A stretch of DNA of 64,000 nucleotides from Candidatus Eiseniibacteriota bacterium (GCA_963762255.1 CAVXKA010000001.1:1024001-1088000), one strand, 5' to 3'. Positions 1 to 10,674 are shown, numbered from the stretch's first letter. Numbers and translations: made by a program. Notes: generated by a model from the sequence alone, not told the origin.

Positions 1-1
1 C

Positions 2-874
2 CCTCCCGTTCGCACCCTGGAGGATTGGCGCCGCGTCGCCCGCGTGTGGCTCGCCGCGGCCGGGATCGATTCGGCGGCCGCTGAAGCCGACCTCATTGTC
101 CGTCACGTGCTCGGGTTGCGGCGCGTGGATCTCCCCTTGCAGCGCGCACGTGTGCTGTCTTGCGCCGAGCGACGTCGTCTCTCCAGGCTCTTGCACCGGC
201 GCGGCACCCGCGTTCCTTTACAGTACCTGTTGGGGGAAGTAGACTTCTGGAGCTTGAGCATTCGGGTCACTCCCGATGTGCTCGTGCCCCGTCCCGAGAC
301 GGAGGGCTTGGTGGAGCGTGTGCTCTCGTTTCTGGGGGACGACCCCGAGGGCACCGTGGTGGACGTGGGAACGGGCAGCGGCGCCATCGCGTTGGCGTTG
401 GCATCGGCCTGTCCCCGCCTCCAAGTGTGGGCCTCGGATCTCTCGCCGGGAGCGGTCCGGGTCGCCCGTGGCAACGCGCGGCGATTGGGTATCGAGGGCC
501 GACTGCACGTGTTCGCCGGCGATCTCCTCGATCCGTTCGTAGGTCGGGTCCCGCCGAGGCCGATCCGGGCCTTGGTGAGCAACCCTCCCTATATCGCCCC
601 GGGGGACCGATCTCGTTTGGCCCCCGAGGTAGTCGCGCACGAACCGTCCATCGCGCTTTTTGCGCCGGAGCGCGGACTCGGCGTCATACGGCGATTGATC
701 GACGGCGCAACGGACTTCCTCCCCGGAGGGGCGCTCCTCGCTCTCGAGATCGGCGAGGATCTCGGAGCCGAGGTTCGCGCGCTGTTGAACGCCGCCGGCG
801 CGTGGCGTGAGGTGCGCATCGAGCGCGACCTCGCCGGCCGGGATCGGTACGCATTAGCCCTCAGGACACATTGA
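2..874 (+). CDS. prmC: Peptide chain release factor N5-glutamine methyltransferase (HemK/PrmC); 5' end probably at or beyond the window edge
   Basis: PLQYLLG, VLVPRPETE, VDVGTGSGAIA and SNPPY motifs; the frame is open from position 2. Confidence 0.93.
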   Translation, partial: PPVRTLEDWRRVARVWLAAAGIDSAAAEADLIVRHVLGLRRVDLPLQRARVLSCAERRRLSRLLHRRGTRVPLQYLLGEVDFWSLSIRVTPDVLVPRPETEGLVERVLSFLGDDPEGTVVDVGTGSGAIALALASACPRLQVWASDLSPGAVRVARGNARRLGIEGRLHVFAGDLLDPFVGRVPPRPIRALVSNPPYIAPGDRSRLAPEVVAHEPSIALFAPERGLGVIRRLIDGATDFLPGGALLALEIGEDLGAEVRALLNAAGAWREVRIERDLAGRDRYALALRTH

Positions 875-911
875 TCGCGAACGTCGGGCGTTCGCTTCGA
901 GGAGAGACGAC

Positions 912-2672
912 ATGCGGCAAGTCCTCCACACTGGACGATCGAGCGCCTGCGCCGTTCTGGCCGCGGCGATGCTTCTGGGGCTCTTGCCGGCGGGATGCGG
1001 CGACGACGCCGGCAAACCGAATCTGCCTCCCACGGTGACGCTGATCGAGTTTCCAGACCCCGGAACTCCGGTGACCACCTCGACCCGGTTCGCCTGGACC
1101 GGATCCGATCCGGACGGGGAAATCGTGACCTATGAGTACACCCTGGATGCCGAAGAGGGCTACACGGCGGTCACGGACACCTTCATCGTGCTTGCGTTCG
1201 ACAAGACGGACGGCACGGAGTCCAATCCTCTCCCCCACGTCTTCCGGGTCCGGGCGGTGGATGATCGGTCCCTCGCCGGGACCCCCGCCGCGGGTCACTT
1301 CACGGTGGGGTATCCCAACGATCAACCGTCGGTGAACTTCACCCGCCGTCCGCCGAGCGCCGGCTACGCGGGCCCGACCGTGACCTTCGGATGGATCGCG
1401 GAAGACGGGGACGGCACGATCGTCGGGTACGAGTACCAGAACGTGACCGGGGACACGACGAGCGGGGGGTGGATCGCTACCGCCGACACCACCGTGAGCT
1501 TCGATTTCTCGGGGGACGGCGCCTCTCCCGGTGCTCGGCGATGGAGCCGGAGCCCGCTCAATCTCTATCAGGATTACACGTTCTACGTGCGCGCGATCGA
1601 CGACGAGAACAAGCGTTCCAACGTGATTCGCGCGCCCTACACTTCAGGTCCGGAGAACCTCGCGCCCAGCGTGGTCTTCCTCACCAAGCCCTCGGATCCA
1701 GTGACCGGGACCCCGCTCTGGACTTGGCAGGGAACCGACACGGACGGCGGCATTCTCCGTTACCAATGGGCATTCGATCTGACGTCCGACGCGGACTGGC
1801 AGTTGCTGGGCGAGGATCACTGGCTGGACCCCACCACGACCAGCTTCAACAAGCGGACGTTCACCCGCCAGGACGGGTCCGACCAGGCACCCCGGGACTA
1901 CACGTTTCACCTGCGGGCACAGGACAGCGACTCCACCTACAGCGCGCCGATCACCGACACGTTCACGGTTGCGGTGCCGAACGCGCCGCCGCGCGTCCAG
2001 TTTCTGTCACTGCCGTTTCCCACCACCCCGGTCGGCTACCTGCTGACGATCCGGTGGTCGGGCACCGACGACGGGATCATCGTCGCTTATGAATACGCGG
2101 TGGACGGAAGGGCCGACTGGATCACCCTTCCGGGCACGACGACATCGAAGGAGATCCGCTATACGTGCGCGGATTCTCTGGCCCTCGAGACGAATCCGAA
2201 TCCCGTCGCCCCGCTGGCCTTCGCCTACGGGCATCACACGTTCAGTCTGCGGGCTCTGGACGACGAGGGTGCGCGCTCGACGGAGGCCCAGGCGAGGTTC
2301 ATCACTCAGACCCGGACCCCGTTCACGACGATTCAGACTCCGCAGGGGCCGGGGGGTGAGGTGACGGTCGGGAACTCCTTCACCGTGACCTTCACCGGGC
2401 TCGATATCGACGGTCCGCTGCCGAACCGCCTGCCGGTGGGCGCGGATCTCAAGTTGATCCCGGTGTCCGACTTCGCCGATGTGCCGGATGCACAGGCCGC
2501 GGTCACTGCAGACACGGGGGAGTGGCTCGCGCTGCCGGCTGGTCTCTTCGAGACCGGAGTGACCGCCCTCTCCGGGAAGTTTCTCCTCGCGATTCGTACG
2601 CGCGATGAAGCACAGGCCGTCGAACCCTATTTCCATTACGGCCGGAACGTCCTCAAAGTCACAGTGCCCTAG
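912..2672 (+). CDS. Lipoprotein with about five tandem Ig/FN3-like beta-sandwich repeats
   Basis: Signal peptide ending LLPAG-C; repeated unit N..P.V...W.g.D.DG.I..Y.Y...(H/Y)TF..RA.D, four clear copies and one divergent copy. Confidence 0.7.
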   Translation: MRQVLHTGRSSACAVLAAAMLLGLLPAGCGDDAGKPNLPPTVTLIEFPDPGTPVTTSTRFAWTGSDPDGEIVTYEYTLDAEEGYTAVTDTFIVLAFDKTDGTESNPLPHVFRVRAVDDRSLAGTPAAGHFTVGYPNDQPSVNFTRRPPSAGYAGPTVTFGWIAEDGDGTIVGYEYQNVTGDTTSGGWIATADTTVSFDFSGDGASPGARRWSRSPLNLYQDYTFYVRAIDDENKRSNVIRAPYTSGPENLAPSVVFLTKPSDPVTGTPLWTWQGTDTDGGILRYQWAFDLTSDADWQLLGEDHWLDPTTTSFNKRTFTRQDGSDQAPRDYTFHLRAQDSDSTYSAPITDTFTVAVPNAPPRVQFLSLPFPTTPVGYLLTIRWSGTDDGIIVAYEYAVDGRADWITLPGTTTSKEIRYTCADSLALETNPNPVAPLAFAYGHHTFSLRALDDEGARSTEAQARFITQTRTPFTTIQTPQGPGGEVTVGNSFTVTFTGLDIDGPLPNRLPVGADLKLIPVSDFADVPDAQAAVTADTGEWLALPAGLFETGVTALSGKFLLAIRTRDEAQAVEPYFHYGRNVLKVTVP

Positions 2673-2690
2673 ACCCACCAGGGGGAGTCC

Positions 2691-3959
2691 ATGGACAAGT
2701 TCGTGGTGGAAGGGGAGGCGCGGCTTCGAGGCTCGATCGAGTGCGCGGGTTCCAAGAACGCCGCGCTCCCGATGATGGTGGCAGCTCTACTCGCCCCGGG
2801 TGCGAATCGGCTCATGCGCGTGCCCCGACTGCGCGACATCGCCACGCTCTCGAAACTCATGGAAACGCTGGGGACGGAGATCACTCGTGACGAGGGCACC
2901 CTCCTCCTCGACACCACCCGCCTGGATTCGGTGGAGGCTTCCTACGATCTTGTGAAGACGATGCGGGCCTCCGTGTACGTGCTGGGTCCGCTGCTCGCGC
3001 GGGCCGGGCATGCCAGGGTGTCGCTTCCCGGCGGTTGCGCCTGGGGTCCGCGTCCGGTGAATCTGCACCTCAAGGGTATGGAAGCGCTCGGCGCGAGAAT
3101 CGTGATCGACGAGGGATACATCGTGGCGGATGCCCCCGACGGTCTTCGCGGCGCCGACATCCTTCTCGACATCGCCTCGGTGGGGGCCACCGGCAACATC
3201 ATGATGGCAGCGGTCGGAGCTCGCGGGACCACCCGCATTCAGAACGCGGCCAGGGAACCGGAGATGCCCGCGCTGGCCGACCTCCTGAACACGATGGGTG
3301 CACGCGTAAGCGGTGCGGGAACCTCGGAGATCGTGATCGAGGGAGGTGCGCCCCTGCGGCCCGCCGCGGGAACGGTGATACCCGACCGCATCGAAGCGGG
3401 CACCTTTATGGTCGGGGCTGCTCTGACCTCGGGTGACGTGACCGTGACCGGGTGCATGCCCGCGCATCTCACCGCGCTCATCGCCAAACTGCGCGAGACC
3501 GGCGCGGAGGTCACGCGCGGCGAGGACTGGGTGCGGGTGGTGGGGCCGGCCCGCCCGCGCGCGGTGCAGGTGACCACCGACTTCTTCCCTGGTTTCCCCA
3601 CCGATCTGCAGGCGCAGATGATGGCGCTGGCTTCGGTTTCCGAGGGCACATCGGTCATCACCGAGCAGATCTACGCCGACCGCTTCACCCACGTGGCCGA
3701 GTTGACCCGCCTTGGGGCGAAGATCACCCTCGATCAGAACGTCGCGGTCGTGGAGGGGCAACCCTCTCTCTCCGGTGCGCGGGTGATGGCTACTGATCTG
3801 CGCGCCTCCGCCGCGCTTATCCTCGCCGGCCTCGTCGCCCACGGGGAAACCCATATCTCCCGCGTGTATCACATCGATCGGGGTTACGAGCGCATCGAGG
3901 CCAAGCTCGCCGCTCTCGGCGCGACAGTCCGCCGGGAGGACGAGCCGCTGGTGACATGA
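2691..3959 (+). CDS. murA: UDP-N-acetylglucosamine 1-carboxyvinyltransferase
   Basis: GSKNAALP, MRAS, LPGGC (catalytic Cys), PDRIEAGT, FPTDLQ, DLRAS and HIDRGY motifs. Confidence 0.97.
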   Translation: MDKFVVEGEARLRGSIECAGSKNAALPMMVAALLAPGANRLMRVPRLRDIATLSKLMETLGTEITRDEGTLLLDTTRLDSVEASYDLVKTMRASVYVLGPLLARAGHARVSLPGGCAWGPRPVNLHLKGMEALGARIVIDEGYIVADAPDGLRGADILLDIASVGATGNIMMAAVGARGTTRIQNAAREPEMPALADLLNTMGARVSGAGTSEIVIEGGAPLRPAAGTVIPDRIEAGTFMVGAALTSGDVTVTGCMPAHLTALIAKLRETGAEVTRGEDWVRVVGPARPRAVQVTTDFFPGFPTDLQAQMMALASVSEGTSVITEQIYADRFTHVAELTRLGAKITLDQNVAVVEGQPSLSGARVMATDLRASAALILAGLVAHGETHISRVYHIDRGYERIEAKLAALGATVRREDEPLVT

Positions 3960-3960
3960 A

Positions 3961-5889
3961 GTGACTGGCGCCACCCCCCGCTTCGCGGTCATCGGCACCG
4001 CCGGCCATATCGATCACGGCAAGACCGCCCTGGTCCGGCTCCTGACCGGCACGGATACCGACCGGCTCAAGGAAGAGAAGGCCCGCGGCATTTCCATCGA
4101 CCTGGGATTCGCCCACCTCGACCTGCCCGGGGGGATCTCCTGCGGAGTGGTCGACGTGCCCGGCCACGAACGTTTCGTGAAGAACATGCTCGCCGGGGCT
4201 TGCGGTGTCGACGCCATGCTCCTCGTGATCGCCGCCGATGAAGGGGTCATGCCCCAGACCCGCGAGCATCTCGACATTCTCGATCTGCTCGGTGTGCGCC
4301 GCGGCGTGGTGGCCCTCACCAAGATCGATCTCGTCGAACCCGATTGGCTTGACCTCGCGGCGGAATCCGTGCGCGAGTACCTGGAGGCGCGCGGCTTCGG
4401 CGAGTTCCCGATCGTCCCGGTCTCGGCGCGGACGGGTGAGGGCAAGGACAGCCTTCTGGCCGCGCTTGCCGCCGTCCTTGCCGAACTCGAAGAGCGCCCG
4501 AGCGGGCGAACGGCGCGCCTCCCCGTCGACCGCGCCTTCGTGGTCGAGGGATTCGGTACGGTGGTGACGGGGACCCTGTGGCAGGGCACCATTCGGGCGG
4601 GTGATCGTCTGGTTGTGGAGCCTGGCCATGTGGAGACCCGGGTTCGCAATGTCCAGGTGCACGGCGAAACGGTACCCGCCGGGCTGGCCGGGCAGCGCAC
4701 CGCCGTGGCCCTGGCAGGTGTGCCGCGCGAAGCGGTTCCGCGGGGGCACTGGCTTCTCACGCCCGACACGCTCGTCCCCTCGCACATGATCGATGTGCGG
4801 CTGCGAGTCCTGCGGGACGCCCCCAAGGAACTTCGACATCGCCAGCGCGTGCGATTTCATCTTGGTGCGAGCGAATTGCTGGGGCGCGTTGCGCTGCTCG
4901 AGGGAGAGAGCCTGGAGCCGGGGCGCGATGCCCTGGCCCAGATCCGTCTCGAAGCGCCGGTTGTGGCCGACCGCGGCGACCGCTTCGTGCTGCGTTCTTA
5001 CTCACCCGCGCGCGCGCTGGCAGGGGGAAAGGTCATTCTGCCCGTGGCCCCGAAGCGCCGACGCGGCCACGGGCCGGCGCTCGACGAGATCCGCCGCGAA
5101 GAGACGGGCAGTGTCGAGGAGCGGGTTCTGGCGACCCTGGACGGCATTCCCAATGGAGCGGGCGCGCTCGACATCGCGCGCGCGGCGGGAGTGCCTGCTG
5201 TAGCTGCCGAGATCGGTCTCGACGCGCTCGTGGCGGATGGGCGCGCGGTGCGGATCCAGGGGGATCTGCTCGTTTCGGCGTCGGTCTTGCGCGGGTTGGC
5301 CGAGGGCGCCTCGGGGGTCCTGCGGCAGCTCCAGCGGGACAACCCGCTGCGTTGGGGAACGAGTCGGGGGGAACTCAAGAGCCGACTCGGGGTCAAGCTC
5401 TCGCCCGCCGTCTTCGAGCGGGTGCTCCAAGATCTGACCGAGGCCGGCGAGGTGGCCGCTCGGGACGATCATCTTCGGCTCGGCGAGGAGAGCCAGATAC
5501 TTCCCCCGGAGATGCAGGCCCGGGTGGATCGGGTGGCGGGGGCCCTCGATCGGGCTGGGGTCACCCCACCCTCCATGAGGGAGCTGCAAGCGCAGCTCGG
5601 GTTCCCGGTGCAGGACATCCTCGAGCACTTGACTTTCCGGGGGGAGGCGGCGAAAGTCACGCCCGAACTGTACTTGCACCGCTTGCACTTGCGGCGGATT
5701 GTGGATTGGCTGGAAGGCTTCTTTGCCGAGAAGGATGATCTCAACGTCGCCGATTTGCGCGAGGGCCTCGGTATGAGTCGCAAGTATTCCGTACCGATTC
5801 TGGAATTCCTTGATCGGCAGGGGTGGACCCGGAGGATTGGCGATGTCCGCCAAGCGGGGCGCCGGTGGCAGGCCCCCTCGGATTCCTGA
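3961..5889 (+). CDS. selB: Selenocysteine-specific translation elongation factor
   Basis: GTAGHIDHGKT, EEKARGISIDLGF and DVPGHERFVKNM motifs; 642 aa with a C-terminal winged-helix signature SRKYSVPILEFLD. Confidence 0.95.
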   Translation: MTGATPRFAVIGTAGHIDHGKTALVRLLTGTDTDRLKEEKARGISIDLGFAHLDLPGGISCGVVDVPGHERFVKNMLAGACGVDAMLLVIAADEGVMPQTREHLDILDLLGVRRGVVALTKIDLVEPDWLDLAAESVREYLEARGFGEFPIVPVSARTGEGKDSLLAALAAVLAELEERPSGRTARLPVDRAFVVEGFGTVVTGTLWQGTIRAGDRLVVEPGHVETRVRNVQVHGETVPAGLAGQRTAVALAGVPREAVPRGHWLLTPDTLVPSHMIDVRLRVLRDAPKELRHRQRVRFHLGASELLGRVALLEGESLEPGRDALAQIRLEAPVVADRGDRFVLRSYSPARALAGGKVILPVAPKRRRGHGPALDEIRREETGSVEERVLATLDGIPNGAGALDIARAAGVPAVAAEIGLDALVADGRAVRIQGDLLVSASVLRGLAEGASGVLRQLQRDNPLRWGTSRGELKSRLGVKLSPAVFERVLQDLTEAGEVAARDDHLRLGEESQILPPEMQARVDRVAGALDRAGVTPPSMRELQAQLGFPVQDILEHLTFRGEAAKVTPELYLHRLHLRRIVDWLEGFFAEKDDLNVADLREGLGMSRKYSVPILEFLDRQGWTRRIGDVRQAGRRWQAPSDS

Positions 5890-5942
5890 GGCGCAGTCGG
5901 CATCGGGGCCGGAATAGCGGGATTGAGGGTCAGGTAGCAGAC

Positions 5943-6542
5943 ATGGAACGACGCTTGAGTGGGAGCCCGGAGGAAGACCTGCGGGATGCCCGCGACGCAG
6001 ATCTGGTGGCCAAGTCGAAGCTCGGGGACACCCGCGCTTTTGGCGAACTCGTTCGGCGGTACCAGAAGCCGGTATTCAGAATCGTCCTGCGCATGGTTCA
6101 CAGCCAGGACGACGCCGACGACCTGACCCAAGACACCTTCGTACGCGCGCACCGTGGGCTCAAGACCTTCAAGGAAGAGTTCGACTTTCATCCGTGGCTC
6201 TACCGCATTGCCGTCAACCAGGCCATCAACTTCATCAACCGCCGCAAGCGGCAAGCCGCCGCGGACATCGATGAAGTGCCGGAGCTGGACATGAAGATCG
6301 GACCGGAGCCTGAAAGCCCGCTTCAGTCCGCTTCACGCGGTGAGCTTCTGGAGAGGCTGGAACGGGCTCTCGATCGTCTTCCTGAAGACCAGAAAACGGT
6401 GTTCCTCTTGCGTGTTCAGGAAGGGCTCTCATATGAGGAGATCGCCAAGTCGATGGACACCCCCAAAGGCACGGTGATGTCCCGTCTGGCGAGAGCCCGC
6501 ATGGCTCTTCGCAAGCACATGGACCTGCCGCTACCCAGCTAG
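5943..6542 (+). CDS. ECF (group 4) sigma-70 factor
   Basis: Region 2 (AFGELVRRY..DADDLTQDTF..WLYRIAVN) and region 4 (LSYEEIA..GTVMSRLARAR); ATG at 5943 chosen as start. Confidence 0.92.
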   Translation: MERRLSGSPEEDLRDARDADLVAKSKLGDTRAFGELVRRYQKPVFRIVLRMVHSQDDADDLTQDTFVRAHRGLKTFKEEFDFHPWLYRIAVNQAINFINRRKRQAAADIDEVPELDMKIGPEPESPLQSASRGELLERLERALDRLPEDQKTVFLLRVQEGLSYEEIAKSMDTPKGTVMSRLARARMALRKHMDLPLPS

Positions 6543-6555
6543 AAGGATCTGCAAC

Positions 6556-7713
6556 ATGAGCGCCTCGATCCACCCCTCGCCCGAAGAGTTGAGCGGCTTT
6601 GTCGATCGCGAGTTGTCATCCACCGCCCTCGTCGATATTGAGAAGCATCTTGCCGGCTGCGCCGATTGTCGGGGGCTCATCGAAGCGTTCTCGTTCCTGA
6701 ACGCCATGGGCCCCGTCGTGGAGGAGAGCCTCCCGGGAGACGCGTACTGGGCCGATCTCCCGGATCGGATCCTTGTCCGCATCGCCACCGATTCCGCCGT
6801 GGCGCCCTCCGAGCGGGCCGGCGGGCGGTCGATCTGGGCGCGCCTCTGGCAGCCCCAGGGCGCTTGGCGCTACGCCATGGGCACGGTGGCCGCGGTCGTG
6901 GTGGTGGCGGGAGCATGGACGGTGATCCACCGGCAGCAGAGCCTCACCGAGCCGATGGGTGCGGGCTTGGCAGAGAACGGCGTTGTTTCCTCGCCCACTT
7001 CGACCGAGTCGGGTTCGCCGAGCGAGCCGCTCGTCGCCTCAAACCTCACGTCGACTCCCTCCGGCCCCGAGCCTCCCAGCGACTTCGAGGAGATGGTGCC
7101 CGGCATGAGCCCCGAGAGCTTCGCCCGGCGAGTCATCACGACCCTGGGCGGCCCTGACGACCTGGGGACCAGCCTCAACATCGCCGCCGCCGACAACGCG
7201 CCGCGGCCGCTCGCTTCCGGCGGGATCGGCACGCAGGTCGACTACTCGCTTCCGCCGCTGAACCTCCAGTCCCGCGCGGAGACCCAGGATTTGGTGAGTT
7301 GCGGGCCTGGCGAGAGCTGGCTGGAACGAGCGTACATCTGCGCGGTGAAAGCGGATGAAGTCGGCAACTTGGCTCTCGCTCGGCAAGGGTACCGAGTCAT
7401 TCAGCAAAACACGGATCCGAGCAGCATTCTGAATTGGGAATCCGGCTATCGCCTCACGTACCACAAATGGCGCGACCGGATCCTCGCCTCGCCTCCAGGC
7501 CCCAAGCGGGCGCAGGCGCTCGCCGACTTGAGCGAGTTGGCCAGCAAGAGCTACTCGACTTGGTCCAGCTCTGGCGGCGCCGATGATTGCCAGGCGGCCT
7601 GGTGCTTGAACCGTGCTTTCAGCAAGCTCGCAATCGAGATGACAACGACGAGCGAGCAGGAGCAGACGGATTGTCGGGTCGGCGAGTTGGTGCGCTGCAT
7701 CGGCGCGCCGTAG
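6556..7713 (+). CDS. Membrane-bound zinc-binding anti-sigma factor (zf-HC2) with an extracytoplasmic domain
   Basis: HLAGCADC (HxxxCxxC), one transmembrane helix, directly downstream of the ECF sigma. Confidence 0.82.
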   Translation: MSASIHPSPEELSGFVDRELSSTALVDIEKHLAGCADCRGLIEAFSFLNAMGPVVEESLPGDAYWADLPDRILVRIATDSAVAPSERAGGRSIWARLWQPQGAWRYAMGTVAAVVVVAGAWTVIHRQQSLTEPMGAGLAENGVVSSPTSTESGSPSEPLVASNLTSTPSGPEPPSDFEEMVPGMSPESFARRVITTLGGPDDLGTSLNIAAADNAPRPLASGGIGTQVDYSLPPLNLQSRAETQDLVSCGPGESWLERAYICAVKADEVGNLALARQGYRVIQQNTDPSSILNWESGYRLTYHKWRDRILASPPGPKRAQALADLSELASKSYSTWSSSGGADDCQAAWCLNRAFSKLAIEMTTTSEQEQTDCRVGELVRCIGAP

Positions 7714-7747
7714 CCTGCACAACCTTTCGCGCGAAACGCGGGCAGTG

Positions 7748-7781
7748 ACGGGGGCCACCGGGTTCGGTGGCCCCGTTTCGT
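7748..7781 (+). terminator. Intrinsic terminator after the anti-sigma gene
   Basis: GGGGCCACCG-GGTT-CGGTGGCCCC followed by GTTTCGTT. Confidence 0.7.
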
Positions 7782-7884
7782 TGGGTCTGGTCAACAGGGC
7801 GCGATCCAGGCAAAGTACCCGAGAGTTGCCACGCGCGGGCCGAGTGCGATCGTCGCCGGCCGCGCGAAAGGGAGGACCTTCGCC

Positions 7885-9449
7885 ATGTTGTCATCTTCAT
7901 CTCGCCTCGCCCCCGGAGCCGCGGCACTTCTCTTCCTTGCATGCGCCGTCGCGATTGCTCCGATCGCAGGTGGCGAGTCGGCACCGAGCCCGGTGCCGGA
8001 GGATTCTAAGGGCTGCGTGATGTGCCACGGCGCGAACTCGCCCGGCATCGTGGAGCAGTGGCGGCAGAGCACGCATGCCGACGCCGAGATCGGTTGCGTG
8101 GACTGCCATCACGCAGATGCCGCCGACGCCGACGGATTCGACCACCACGGAGCGCACATCGCCACCGTGGTGACGCCGCGCGATTGCGCCCAGTGCCACA
8201 GCGACGTGCAGGAAGAGTTCTCGCGCAGTCACCACGCCAAGGGGGGGAACATCCTCGCCTCCCTCGACAACTACCTGGCGGAGACCGTGGAGGGGATGCG
8301 CGGGGACTTCGACCCGCACTCGCCCACGCCGGGGAGAACGGTGGACAGAGTGAACGGCATGGCAAGCGCCAATCAGGGTTGCACGCAGTGCCACGGCAGC
8401 AAGCTGGCCCTGGTGGCCGTCGACGGCGGCAAAGTGACCGTGGATGATCTCAAGCCCGGCCCCGACGGCAGACCCACCGACGCCGCAGCGGTAGCGCGCA
8501 TCGCCCGCGACGCGGATGGGCGGCCCAGATACATGTCGAGACGTGGCCGAACACCGGCATCGGGCGCATCAACCTGGACGGATCGCTCGGCTCCTGCTCC
8601 GCGTGCCACAGCCGGCACGACTTCTCGCCCCGCCGCGCCCGGCAGCCGGAGAACTGCGGCAAGTGCCACCTCGGGCCCGATCATCCGCAGAAGGAGATCT
8701 ACGAGGAGTCCAAGCACGGGGTGGCCTATCGCGACCTTCGGGAGGAGATGAACCTCGACGCCGATTCCTGGGTGCTCGGCAAGGACTACAGCCAGGCTCC
8801 CACTTGCGCCACCTGCCACATGTCGGCAAACAAGAACAACGGCGGGCGCATCACCCACGACCCCGGCGAGCGGATCTCCTGGACCAACCGGCCGCCGGTG
8901 AGCCTCGTCATGGACACCGACAAGGATCACAATGTCGTGACCGCGGCCGATCTCGCGGAGCGCGCGAGGCTCACCGTGGACTCCGCTCAGGCCAAGCGGG
9001 GCCGCATGAAGGAAGCCTGCGTGAACTGCCATTCACCGGCTTATGTGGACGCTTTCTACACGCAGTACGACGAACTCGTCGTGCTCTTCAACGAGAAGTT
9101 CGCCAAGCCGGGGGGCGCGATCATGACCGCCCTGGGCAAGGAAGGACTGATCACCAAGACTCAGTTCGACGAGTCGATCGAGTGGACGTGGTTCTATCTC
9201 TGGCACCACGAAGGGCGGCGGGCGCGCCACGGCGCGGCGATGATGGCCCCCGACTACACGCACTGGCACGGCATGTACGAGGTGGCCGAGCGCTTCTACG
9301 TTGAATTCATCCCGCAGGCGCGGGAGATTCTGGACGAGGCTGCCGCGCACGGGAAAGCGGCCGAAGCGGATCGGGTACGCGCGGTGCTGGACGGCATCCT
9401 GAGCCGCCCCGAGCATCAGTGGATCAAGCCGCCGGACGGAGGGCGCTGA
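7885..9449 (+). CDS. Octaheme cytochrome c of the hydroxylamine oxidoreductase family, split by a one-base frameshift at about 8524-8527
   Basis: Joining the frames gives a signal peptide and eight CxxCH motifs (CVMCH, CVDCH, CAQCH, CTQCH, CSACH, CGKCH, CATCH, CVNCH), plus WPNTGIGRIN, GPDHPQ and APDYTHWHG. Confidence 0.88.
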
Positions 9450-9483
9450 GGCGGACGGGATTCCATGATGCGCATCGAACGGA

Positions 9484-10560
9484 CTATCCGTGGGGACCGT
9501 ACTTCCTGCGTGCGTGCGCGCGTGCCGCCTTATGGATCTGCTTCCACTTGGCCTTCTCGTCCAGCGCGGCCCGGACGTCCCGCTTTCTTTCCAGGAACTG
9601 GGTCTCGCGGCGAAGCTTGAGATAGTTCTCGAAACGGCCTGAGGAAAGCGTTCCATCTTCGATCGCCTGCCTGACGGCGCAGCCGGGCTCGCCGGAGTGA
9701 CGACAGTCGGTGAATCGGCAGCCGTGGGCCATGGTTTCGATGTCGTCGAACTCGGCTCGAAGGCCGCTCTCTTCCGTCCACAAGCCGAGTTCCCGCATGC
9801 CCGGGGTGTCGATGACCATGCCGCCCTCGGGAAGGAGCAGCAAGTGCCGGCGGCTGGTCGTATGGCGACCTCGCCCGTCCGACTCCCGGATGTGCCCCGT
9901 CTCCAGCCGCTCCTCTCCCAGCAGCCGATTGATGATGCTGGTCTTCCCGACCCCGGATGAGCCGAGAAGGACAGCGGTCCGGCCGCGCCCCAGGTGCGCC
10001 AGCAGCGCTCCCATGCCGCTTTGGGTGGCGGCGCTCACCGGAAAGACCGGCACGTCTGCGGCGATCGGCCGCAGCTCGCCGATCAGGGTGGGAACTCGAT
10101 CGCTGAGATCCGACTTGTTCAACACGATCGCCGCCGGAGCACCGCTTTCGCGCACGAGGGCAAGGTAGCGCTCGATCCTCCTCAGGTTGAAGTCGCGGTC
10201 GGAGTCGGTGACGATCCAGGCGGTATCGACGTTGGCGGCGAGCACTTGGGGCTCGGTGGTCCGCCCCGCGGTCTTCCGCGCAAACACGGTGGAACGAGGA
10301 AGCACCGCGTGGATGACTGCCGTGGATTCGCCGGCCGGTTCCACCGCGACCCAGTCTCCGACCGCGGGGAAGTCGAACCGCGAATCGGCGGTGAACCGGA
10401 GTCTTCCCGTGACTTCGGCACGGAGTTCTCCCTGCTCGCCGAGAACGACGTATCGCTCCCGGTGTTCTTCGACCACGCGAGCCGGAAGAAAACCGCAAGC
10501 GTGAAATGGCTCTATGGAAGCTGCAAGATCCGATTGCCAACCCAGGTCATGAAGATCCAT
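9484..10560 (-). CDS. rsgA: Ribosome small subunit-dependent GTPase A family protein (long paralog type)
   Basis: Circularly permuted GTPase order NKSD...GSSGVGKT...GRHTT...DTPG; zinc finger CRFTDCRHSGEPGC. Confidence 0.93.
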   Translation of the reverse strand: MDLHDLGWQSDLAASIEPFHACGFLPARVVEEHRERYVVLGEQGELRAEVTGRLRFTADSRFDFPAVGDWVAVEPAGESTAVIHAVLPRSTVFARKTAGRTTEPQVLAANVDTAWIVTDSDRDFNLRRIERYLALVRESGAPAAIVLNKSDLSDRVPTLIGELRPIAADVPVFPVSAATQSGMGALLAHLGRGRTAVLLGSSGVGKTSIINRLLGEERLETGHIRESDGRGRHTTSRRHLLLLPEGGMVIDTPGMRELGLWTEESGLRAEFDDIETMAHGCRFTDCRHSGEPGCAVRQAIEDGTLSSGRFENYLKLRRETQFLERKRDVRAALDEKAKWKQIHKAARAHARRKYGPHG

Positions 10561-10674
10561 GGCGTACGTATCCCCGTTTCATGAACTCAGTAGAAGCGAG
10601 GGTGCGTCCGCGGGGAAAGCCGACCGTTCGGCCGGGAGGTCAGGCGGGTATAGGAAGAAGGCGGTCCGAAAGGC

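Noticed and set aside
8520-8540. Programmed frameshift or selenocysteine read-through joining the cytochrome halves
   Set aside because: It is a frame change at a short C run, not an in-frame TGA, and there is no slippery heptamer; an indel is simpler.
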